A DNA stretch of 64,000 nucleotides from TPA_inf: Saccharomyces. Its lineage: Eukaryota. The stretch covers positions 320,001 to 384,000 of the forward strand of contig BK006934.2 of the NCBI GenBank assembly GCA_000146045.2, read 5' to 3'. Position numbers and translations under genes: made by a program. A model generated the notes under the pieces. The model was not told the DNA's origin. It saw nothing but the letters and a program-made list of their open reading frames with translations, and ran no database searches. Positions 55,581-64,000 of this stretch are shown here, one piece after another; the stretch's first letter is position 1, and each line of letters starts with the position of its first letter.

Positions 55581-55708
55581 ATCATTGGGGTAGGAAACAT
55601 TATAAATATTTGATATATATAAAGGAAAAAGCTTGATTTGGTCTTGTAATATCCCAGTGTAAACATAAAAATACACACATACCACAATTACACTCTCTCA
55701 TCGACTCA

Positions 55709-57250
55709 ATGACTGCTGGTTCTGCCCCCCCTGTTGATTACACTTCCTTAAAGAAGAACTTCCAACCGTTTCTCTCCAGAAGAGTAGAAAATAGATCTCT
55801 GAAAAGCTTTTGGGATGCTTCTGATATCTCAGATGACGTCATTGAGCTAGCTGGTGGAATGCCAAACGAGAGATTTTTTCCTATCGAATCTATGGATTTG
55901 AAAATATCAAAAGTTCCTTTTAATGATAACCCAAAATGGCATAATTCGTTTACCACGGCGCATTTGGACTTGGGATCCCCCAGTGAGCTACCCATTGCAC
56001 GTTCTTTCCAATATGCAGAAACCAAGGGTTTACCCCCTCTCTTACATTTTGTTAAAGATTTTGTGTCCAGAATTAATCGCCCAGCCTTTTCCGATGAGAC
56101 GGAGTCTAACTGGGATGTCATCCTTTCTGGCGGGTCCAACGATTCAATGTTTAAGGTTTTTGAAACAATTTGCGACGAATCGACCACTGTGATGATTGAA
56201 GAGTTTACTTTCACCCCGGCTATGTCCAATGTGGAGGCTACAGGAGCAAAAGTCATCCCCATCAAGATGAACCTGACCTTCGACAGAGAGTCCCAGGGTA
56301 TTGATGTCGAATATCTAACGCAGTTGCTCGATAATTGGTCAACTGGACCATACAAAGACTTAAACAAGCCAAGGGTCCTATATACCATTGCAACGGGCCA
56401 AAATCCTACCGGGATGTCTGTCCCCCAGTGGAAAAGAGAGAAAATTTACCAGTTGGCCCAAAGACACGATTTCCTCATTGTTGAAGATGATCCCTACGGT
56501 TATCTGTACTTTCCTTCCTATAATCCGCAAGAGCCATTAGAAAACCCTTACCATTCTAGCGACCTGACTACTGAACGGTATTTGAATGATTTTTTAATGA
56601 AATCATTCTTGACTTTGGATACAGATGCCCGTGTCATCCGTTTGGAGACTTTTTCTAAAATTTTTGCTCCTGGATTAAGGTTATCCTTCATCGTTGCTAA
56701 TAAATTCCTTTTGCAAAAAATCTTGGATTTGGCCGACATTACTACAAGGGCCCCCAGTGGTACCTCACAAGCTATTGTTTATTCTACAATAAAGGCAATG
56801 GCTGAGTCCAACTTATCGTCCTCTCTTTCTATGAAAGAAGCAATGTTTGAGGGTTGGATAAGATGGATAATGCAGATTGCTTCTAAATACAATCATAGGA
56901 AAAATCTTACTTTGAAAGCCTTATACGAAACAGAATCTTACCAAGCTGGTCAGTTTACCGTTATGGAACCCTCCGCGGGTATGTTCATCATTATTAAAAT
57001 CAATTGGGGGAATTTCGATAGACCTGACGATTTGCCGCAACAGATGGATATTTTAGATAAGTTCTTGCTGAAGAATGGTGTTAAAGTAGTGCTTGGTTAT
57101 AAAATGGCTGTTTGCCCAAATTATTCAAAGCAGAATTCAGATTTTCTAAGACTCACCATCGCCTATGCAAGGGATGATGATCAGTTGATTGAAGCTTCCA
57201 AAAGAATCGGTAGTGGCATAAAAGAATTTTTTGACAACTATAAAAGTTGA
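55709..57250 (+). CDS. ARO9: Aromatic amino acid aminotransferase II (PLP-dependent, class I), 513 aa
   Basis: Class I aminotransferase fold (..[17 protein letters not shown]-lysine region). 513 aa. Aro80-type CCG repeats upstream. Confidence 0.92.
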
Positions 57251-57354
57251 ACAGTGAAGATTAAACCTATGTGTTATTTGCATATCATATATAAATTGTA
57301 GTTTTTTGTATAAAAGTTGGGAAAAAGTTATAGTCGCGTATATTTTAAATTACT

Positions 57355-57699
57355 CTAAGCAACTAAATGGTCACGGTTTAGAGCATGAACTTCTGAATCC
57401 TTTTCCAAATTGCATTTAGCACCGTACTCGCTTTCAATATAGCTCAAACGTTCTTTCAGACCGTCCAAAATTTGGTCGCTATCAGGTAAGTCCACTGTAA
57501 AGCCCTTTATCAAGCTATATTCGTGTGTTATTTTACCCCCTATGTCCACCACATATTTTTTGACATCTTCAATAATGCTATTCTGGTCCGTAGCCATATT
57601 ATCCGTCTTGGGGAAAGTTACGATGTATGATGATAAGGAAGATGCCTGTGCCATGGAGAATATGCTAATGAAAATCAAAACTAAGTAACTGGCCTTCAT
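57355..57699 (-). CDS. Small secreted-type protein related to proteinase B inhibitor (Pbi2/I9 family), 114 aa
   Basis: Signal peptide and an I9-like inhibitor fold region (KYVVDIGGKITHEYSLIKGFTVDLPD). YHR138C position. Confidence 0.75.
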   Translation of the reverse strand: MKASYLVLIFISIFSMAQASSLSSYIVTFPKTDNMATDQNSIIEDVKKYVVDIGGKITHEYSLIKGFTVDLPDSDQILDGLKERLSYIESEYGAKCNLEKDSEVHALNRDHLVA

Positions 57700-58119
57700 A
57701 TATATGCTATAGTCTGTTACACAATAGATTTAAATGTTGTAATATAACGAGGAAACGCAACTTATCCATTTGTTCTCTCCATCGCATCGCTTTTTCTTAA
57801 ATACTTTTGCCCCCCACCCCTTTATCCACTTGCGTTTTCCTCTTTTCTTCGCCTCTTTTTGGTAGCGCCGACCGATCTAATCGGAATAATCAAATTTAAT
57901 AGGAACTGAATATTAGAAATTATTGAAGTCAATATACTGTAAAAACTATAAATCCTGTAACGAACATAAAAAAAGAAAACATAAAGGAAGCGCGTGATGT
58001 ATCAGTAACATCACATAGTACAATAAAAAAGAAAGAGAACACTGATAATAACTGTACTGAAGACAAACAATTAGGAAAGTAACGACGATCTTTCTTTCGT
58101 CCAGTCATCATAACAATAT

Positions 58120-58170
58120 GTGTTTTTGTTTTTGTTTTTGTTTTTGTTTTTGTTTTTGTTTTTGTTTTTA
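58120..58170. repeat. (GTTTTT)8 hexanucleotide microsatellite
   Basis: tgtttttgtttttgtttttg... perfect hexamer repeats between SPS100 (3' end) and YHR138C (5' end). It translates as (TK)n in the spurious minus-strand ORF 57929..58204. Confidence 0.9.
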
Positions 58171-58218
58171 TTTTATTTATTTTTTGCTTATTTTCGTAGT
58201 ACACAACACATAATCATC

Positions 58219-59199
58219 TTATTGTTGACTAACAGGGAAGATTTGTTGTAACTCGCTACTACTTGTGACTTGATTATGGATAGCAATAGACAACAAAGTT
58301 TGCGCTTGGATTGGTGACAAGTACCCAGCAGAAATTGCACCTTGTGGAATACTTGTGTTACTTATGAACCCAATTCCTGAACCATCATGACCACTGGATC
58401 CATCACTTGCATAAACGACAGGGAAGTCGACCGATGTCCATGATGCCACGGTACTGTTGTGACTTGTACCAGAGCTGACAACAACCAAACCTTGGATACT
58501 AGAACTTAGTGATTGAATTAAGCTTTGAGAATATCCTTCTTCGTATATAATTGGAACCAATGGACTGGAGGATGATGAGGATGTATTGGTCCCGGAGGAG
58601 GCATTAGAAGATATTTGTGCGCTCGTAAAATTCGAGTATTGAGTTCTGATTGTGGAGTTGCTGGCAATCAGAGTTGGCTCACAGGCATCAAAGAACCATT
58701 GAACATTCTTCTGACCAGACAAAACGCCCACAGGAACAGTGTAAGGAGGGAAAACACCAGAATACACAACTTTATCTCTACCGGCAACCAAAGTGCCTCT
58801 ACCTTCCGCGTCCGAACTACTCAATATTGGTACACCCCATAAGAAATTCTCAGTAATGACAATGGTCTTTGATGTATTAAAAACGATTGAGCAGAAGAAA
58901 CTCAAAGTTTCAATGGAACGCCAGTTTGTGACGATTATAATGCCGGAAGACGATTCGCTTTGTAAAGTCTGATTAACTTGAGTAGCAATTTGGTAAAGTT
59001 GAGTGATGTTTAAGGTGGAAGTAGAGTTGAATAGCGTTGTGGTAGTAACGTTTGACTGGCTACCAGATACAGCAGGTCCACCCGTGATGATCACGGGGAC
59101 CGTACCGCCGCCAGAAGTAACGTTCTGCCTCTTGTAAAGTGGTGTTGCAGAAGCTGTTAAAGTTGCAAGAAAAAATGCTAGCACTGATGTGAATTTCAT
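58219..59199 (-). CDS. SPS100: Sporulation-specific spore wall maturation glycoprotein, 326 aa
   Basis: Signal peptide (MKFTSVLAFFLATLTASA), S/T-rich regions and N-glycosylation sequons. The start is at the internal Met; the track ORF is 35 codons longer. Confidence 0.85.
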   Translation of the reverse strand: MKFTSVLAFFLATLTASATPLYKRQNVTSGGGTVPVIITGGPAVSGSQSNVTTTTLFNSTSTLNITQLYQIATQVNQTLQSESSSGIIIVTNWRSIETLSFFCSIVFNTSKTIVITENFLWGVPILSSSDAEGRGTLVAGRDKVVYSGVFPPYTVPVGVLSGQKNVQWFFDACEPTLIASNSTIRTQYSNFTSAQISSNASSGTNTSSSSSSPLVPIIYEEGYSQSLIQSLSSSIQGLVVVSSGTSHNSTVASWTSVDFPVVYASDGSSGHDGSGIGFISNTSIPQGAISAGYLSPIQAQTLLSIAIHNQVTSSSELQQIFPVSQQ

Positions 59200-60571
59200 A
59201 ATAGCTGATTGGGTTCTTAGATGTGAAAACTGATCGAAATCAAATACTAGAGCATGATTGATAGGAACAAGAGAAACCAAAAGTGTTTTTAGCTTTCCTC
59301 CCAATTTTTATAGTATTCTAATGAGTAACGTCTTAGGGGAATTTTCAACAAGGCATTTCTAAAAGGGGATGCTAGTTGCACATTCTGAGAGAATCATTTG
59401 TACACGTTTTTCCCTATTTTCTGCTCATAAACCGAGGATCATCAGCGTTAAATGTAATTGCTAAGCCAAGAACTTTTGCTACTCTAACATTACATATTTG
59501 AAGGGTACAGTGAGATTCCCCAACAGGAATTCGCTTCTGTACATCAGCCGGTATTCGCTGAGAACTACTGTAGCCCTTAACTGTTGAATGATCTTTTTCT
59601 GGTAGATCATCGGCTTCTTTTGACGCAGGAAAAGGCCCGTGTCACTTCGGCTTAGCTTCTTTCGGCGATTTTCAAGGGAAGCGTCTGCACCTTAACGCAG
59701 ACAAATGACGCATGATATGCACCCTTAAGGCGGACTTGATCTTCAGATCCCTCAAATGGTAAATGTGCCATAAGGTGGCCAAATTCCAACTAAAAATGAT
59801 AAATAGGTAATGAATTGTTCACTATGCAGCGTTGCCACCGTTACGCCTCCCCCTTATTTTTCATTTCCGTTTCCATCCAGTTTTTCAGCCTCCTTGAACC
59901 CTACCATTAGTAATGGAAGCAATAATCTCATAGCAGCAATTGAAAAAAAAAAAGCATATTCGCTCACATTAAAATAATGAGATAACATGAGATGGCTTGG
60001 AATTATAAGCGTTCGCTGACCTGAAAAAGGCGCGGGGCTAATGGACCCATTCGTTAAAATGACCTTAAGCATCCACACATGCAGAATAAAAGAACTTAAC
60101 CTATTCCTTAGGAAAGTTTATGTATTTGCTGGTACCCTCTTCCTTCTTTGGCCTCTTTTCTGACGTGAATGTCACATGTTAACATTTTTGTCAAATAGCG
60201 TCCATCTATTTGAACAAATGCTATCATTTTTGGGGATACAAATTCTATAAGAGGTTCCTGTTTGCAGCATCTAAAAACAGAGCGTGAAACGCATGCAGAA
60301 GTGACATATAATCCTTTGTTTAAGCGACAATTAAAAATAATGATCGCTCTCTTTTCCTTTTCAGACTTGCTCATTAAATTTGACAAGATCCGCGGATTAG
60401 AGAAGTCTGCGCTTCGCATTTAATGAAAAGATCTCCGATAAGTATATAAGTCCCTTTTTTCTCGAATTATATAAGTCACTTTCTATATGTCAGTGATTAT
60501 CTCTACACTAGTCTTGCTGTATTCTTAGCAAATTTTTCTCGTATTTTAAAACCATAATACAAGGAGAATCC

Positions 60572-61291
60572 ATGATGTCTTGTCTGGTACCAACACGTTT
60601 TACTTTGACCCTTAACACCGCGTGTCTTTTGACGAGCACCTGGGGGTTTGTTAGGGCCACATCTGTAGTCTTACCTCCAAGTTTAAGTAAAGCAGGCCAT
60701 AAACAGTTTCTAACCATTATATCTATTATTGCAACAATCATTAATAACGCGGTTAACATTTCTAATTATTATATCCAAAGAAACAATAAGATGAATCTAG
60801 AAACCAAGAAAAAATCAGACTTTATTAGTAGACATGTCACTTTGCCAGTTTCTTTAGTATTAGAATCTATTGTTGCTACCGTTTATTGGCCGCTTAGATT
60901 GTTTTTTGTCAACTTAATAATGCATGGAGTTGAATCTACTGCAAAGACACCTTTTCCTATGACAGTGGATATGGCAATCCACTTATATCCTATTTTATAT
61001 TTACTAGCCGATCACTACTTATCGGGATCTGGCACGAAATTCAAATTATCGAATAAGCATGCATGGCTCATTGTAACCAGTTTAGCATTTTCATATTTTC
61101 AATATTTAGCATTCCTGATAGATGCGGGGCAAGGCCAAGCCTATCCATACCCGTTTCTAGACGTGAACGAGCCGTACAAGTCGATTATATTTGTTGTTGT
61201 TGCTACTATTACGTGGGCTTATTATGTATTTTATCAAAAGTTTCCGCCAAAATACATCAAGAAGTCGGCAAAGAAAGGTGATAAGAATTAG
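60572..61291 (+). CDS. Putative multi-pass membrane protein of unknown function, 239 aa
   Basis: Six predicted TM segments. 239 aa in the YHR140W position. Confidence 0.75.
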   Translation: MMSCLVPTRFTLTLNTACLLTSTWGFVRATSVVLPPSLSKAGHKQFLTIISIIATIINNAVNISNYYIQRNNKMNLETKKKSDFISRHVTLPVSLVLESIVATVYWPLRLFFVNLIMHGVESTAKTPFPMTVDMAIHLYPILYLLADHYLSGSGTKFKLSNKHAWLIVTSLAFSYFQYLAFLIDAGQGQAYPYPFLDVNEPYKSIIFVVVATITWAYYVFYQKFPPKYIKKSAKKGDKN

Positions 61292-61539
61292 CATTACTAC
61301 TAGTATACTACTATTTAAGCTCTTTGTATGTAAAGTGAGCAAATCTCAAATTTTGCTACTTAATTCTTATTTTCGTGCTAGCCCTACAACGGAACCCAAA
61401 AAATCAATCACCAGGGTAAGCGGGAAAAAAAAAAAGTGTAGGAACCGCACTATAAAAAGTCGAAGGTTTGTATTAATTTTCCACACCTCTTTAGTTTTGT
61501 TATAATCAAATTCCTTTTGGTTTTTGTTTTAAAAAGGCC

Positions 61540-61727
61540 AACATCATAATTATATCGCGAATGTACTACTAGTATATGCAGTTTTCTTAAAATTGCAGGG
61601 AATGACTAAAAGCCCACGTTTTTCCCACTTTTAGTAGTACTGAAGCGTAGATAGATTGAACGTTGCTGGGCGCCTGGTGTTGATCATTTCTGAAATGAGA
61701 TATTGGGAATCAGCTGTATCTACATTT
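61540..61727 (+). ncRNA. SNR32: H/ACA box snoRNA candidate (probably SNR32)
   Basis: Not coding. A 9-bp long-range stem (GTACTACTA at 61563-61571 pairs with TAGTAGTAC at 61632-61640) closes a 5' hairpin. An AGATAGA hinge-like element sits at 61649-61655, a second hairpin follows, and an ACA triplet at 61722-61724 would lie exactly 3 nt before the proposed 3' end. This is H/ACA architecture. I also recall an snoRNA being annotated between YHR140W and RPL42B. Confidence 0.5.
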
Positions 61728-61989
61728 TATTTATACATATTTATTTTTACTGGTTCTTAGTAACGTACTTTAGTAGCAATGCTGTGTTTTAGTGCGAACG
61801 CCTACGTGTCTTGTTAACTTATCATGGTTGCCAACGCGAACGTTTACAACAGGTTCAAAGGCAGGATGAAAAATTACGCCAAATAGGCAGGTTTTCAATA
61901 TTAAAGAGTTAAGTATGCAAAATTTACAAAAAGTTAATGGTCAAAGTATAACTATAAAAATATAATAAAACAATAAACAATAACAACTC

Positions 61990-62306
61990 TCAGAATTGCA
62001 AAGCTTGACCCTTTTGCTTCTTTTCACCACCCAATTCGAAGTGCTTACATCTCTTCAAGGTTAATTGGGCTCTAGTCTTACATTTGACACATTCCAATCT
62101 CAAAACAACCTTCTTGGTAGTCTTAGCTTTCTTGTGGAAAACAGGCTTGGTTTGACCACCGAAACCAGATTGTTTACGGTCATAACGTCTCTTACCTTGA
62201 GCGAACAAGGAAGCCTTACCAGCTTTGTATTGAGTAACCTTGTGTTGAGTGTGCTTACGACAGGTCTTACCCTTACAGTAGGTCTTTCTGGTCTTTGGGA
62301 CGTTAA
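61990..62306 (-). CDS. RPL42B: Ribosomal protein L42 (eL42) exon 2
   Basis: Encodes ..[105 protein letters not shown]. The 3' splice AG lies immediately upstream of TTAACGTC (minus strand). Confidence 0.93.
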
Positions 62307-62747
62307 CTGGTTCAAAATGATATCACAGCAAATTTAGCATGATAGTTGATTGTTAGTAATTGATCTTAAAAAAAAAGTAATTTGACTGCACATGTAATTA
62401 GTTGTATCTTTTTTCTGTAATGGGGAAACGGCTAAATTCACAAATATCTAATGAGTATTACTAATGATATCCTCAATATATTTTCTAACCAGAGTTCTTA
62501 TTAAAAGGGCCAATAAAAGTATCATTCAGGTGTTCAGTACTTTAGGAAATGATGAAAATATTTAACTAGCTCAAAAGTAAATGAAGTTTAATAACTATTA
62601 GTTTCTTGCTTGACATGGATTTGCCCTACGATTCAGGATATTTTAAAAAGTTCTTTAGCATTCTAGTAGTACCTGTGTACTAATTACACTCTCACGCCCT
62701 AATGGAGATAAATAACATGGTTTGTCTATTCCTAATCGTCCACATAC

Positions 62748-62751
62748 CCAT
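62748..62751 (-). CDS. RPL42B: RPL42B exon 1 (ATGG micro-exon)
   Basis: Plus-strand CACATACCCAT is the reverse complement of ATGG|GTATGTG, giving ATG plus G and then a GTATGT 5' splice site. The 441-nt intron 62307..62747 has a TACTAAC branchpoint (plus-strand gttagta at 62352-62358) about 45 nt from the 3' splice site. 4 + 317 nt gives 106 aa plus stop. Confidence 0.88.
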
Positions 62752-63101
62752 TATTACTGATTGTTTTTTTGCTTAATCTCCTTCAATTTACGTTAAAACA
62801 GTGAAAATACCACATCAATTAAGATATACATTGTCAACAATATGGATGTATCTCTGAGTTCATTTCGACGAATAATTTTACCTCTCTTGGTGGAAAGCCT
62901 TCCCTCCCCCTGGCGGAACCCATCATCCCGTCGAACAACTAAACCGTCAGCGTTGCCGCACCGACGGACGTCTCTCTAGAGGTCGTCTCTCCGTCTGAAC
63001 ATACGCACTGTTGGTACGATGCAGCGGCAGTCTGGCCGCATTTTTGACAGCGATCTTTTTTTGTATCAAGACTTCTTCCAATGTCAGGATTTATTTTCAT
63101 G

Positions 63102-63113
63102 ATGTATGGGTGT
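63102..63113 (-). promoter_or_regulatory. Rap1 binding site (ACACCCATACAT) in the RPL42B promoter
   Basis: Plus-strand atgtatgggtgt is the reverse complement of the Rap1 consensus ACACCCATACAT. It lies about 350 bp upstream of the RPL42B ATG, which is typical of ribosomal protein gene promoters. Confidence 0.55.
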
Positions 63114-63537
63114 ATCGGATGTTCGGATGTCACTGTCTTTTATTTTGAAGTTTGTGACAGAGAATGCTATGGAAAATAATATGTAGCAACATAGCCAACT
63201 AATTGCCATTGCATTAAATTTTGGCAGTACTATTTAAAATGCCATGTTTTATGTTGTTACAGTAAGTTATTGACATTCTTCTGGTGTTGCCCGCTTCGCT
63301 TTCTTAAAACGGTTAAATATTGAAAAAGTTTCACAAGACACGAAATCAAAAAGGATCCATTTTGGTATAAAAATAGCATATTGCATAACTTAACTAAAAA
63401 GATTAAAAAAAGTCAAAGCTACACTGGCATACTTTGAACTGTTTTTTCAAAGCTGTCTCCACGTGGAAAGTTTATTTCATCAAAACTATTATCAAAAATT
63501 GTGGTTTTGTTAATACAAAAGCTGATATATATATAAT

Positions 63538-64000
63538 ATGGCATTTAGTGATTTTGCTGCCATATGCTCAAAGACCCCGTTGCCATTATGTTCGGTAATA
63601 AAGTCTAAAACCCATCTAATACTTTCGAACTCAACAATTATACATGATTTTGATCCTTTAAATTTGAATGTCGGTGTACTGCCACGCTGTTATGCTCGGT
63701 CGATTGATCTTGCCAATACAGTCATCTTTGATGTCGGGAACGCATTCATAAATATTGGTGCTCTAGGTGTCATTTTAATCATACTTTATAACATAAGACA
63801 GAAGTATACTGCTATTGGCAGGTCTGAATATCTCTACTTTTTCCAACTAACATTGCTATTGATAATATTTACCTTGGTGGTAGACTGTGGTGTATCTCCC
63901 CCCGGCTCTGGGTCATATCCATACTTCGTGGCTATACAAATAGGACTGGCGGGTGCATGTTGCTGGGCCTTATTGATAATCGGGTTTTTAGGTTTCAATT
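63538..64000 (+). CDS. CHS7: Chitin synthase III ER export chaperone, N-terminal part (truncated by window end)
   Basis: ATG at 63538 opens a frame reading MAFSDFAAICSKTPLPLCSVIKSKTHLILSNSTIIHDFDPLNL... with TM helices. It has no stop within the window, so it is absent from the ORF track. Confidence 0.85.
   Translation, partial: MAFSDFAAICSKTPLPLCSVIKSKTHLILSNSTIIHDFDPLNLNVGVLPRCYARSIDLANTVIFDVGNAFINIGALGVILIILYNIRQKYTAIGRSEYLYFFQLTLLLIIFTLVVDCGVSPPGSGSYPYFVAIQIGLAGACCWALLIIGFLGFN

Noticed and set aside
55738-56388. 216-aa minus-strand ORF antisense to ARO9
   Set aside because: Embedded antisense to a conserved aminotransferase. It has no motifs.
57929-58204. 91-aa ORF containing (TK)7
   Set aside because: It is the (GTTTTT)n microsatellite read in frame. 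It is not coding.
60108-60419. 103-aa minus-strand ORF between SPS100 and YHR140W (YHR139C-A position)
   Set aside because: No domains, and it lies within the long divergent promoter. It is a known dubious-ORF location, and I do not call it a gene.
62939-63133. 64-aa minus-strand ORF in the RPL42B/CHS7 divergent promoter
   Set aside because: It is short and overlaps the Rap1 site region. There is no evidence of coding.

Overview
This window is eukaryotic nuclear DNA and is collinear with the right arm of Saccharomyces cerevisiae chromosome VIII, from YHR103W (SBE22) through YHR142W (CHS7, cut by the window end). Gene order, strands and protein lengths match that region one for one.

Recognised content:
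- About 41 protein-coding genes, each called below.
- Two spliced genes that the six-frame ORF track does not capture correctly: EPT1, with a 50-nt first exon, and RPL42B, with a 4-nt first exon.
- One intron-containing tRNA-Phe(GAA), with an inverted pair of degenerate Ty delta solo LTRs just upstream of it.
- One H/ACA snoRNA candidate between YHR140W and RPL42B, probably SNR32.
- Several microsatellites and recognisable promoter motif clusters: Pho4 CACGTG x3 at SPL2, Aro80 CCG repeats at ARO9, an MSE in the NDT80 promoter, and a Rap1 site at RPL42B.

I find nothing I can defend as a novel or undescribed biological system; this looks like ordinary, well-characterised yeast chromosome. There is no CRISPR array, no prokaryotic operon or defence-island architecture. 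The points worth a second look are the features the ORF track misses (introns, the snoRNA, the tRNA and LTRs), the extreme homopolymer tracts in YHR131C, and the in-frame upstream ATGs on many genes.

All gene names come from my recognition of the protein sequences and the neighbourhood, not from a database search.
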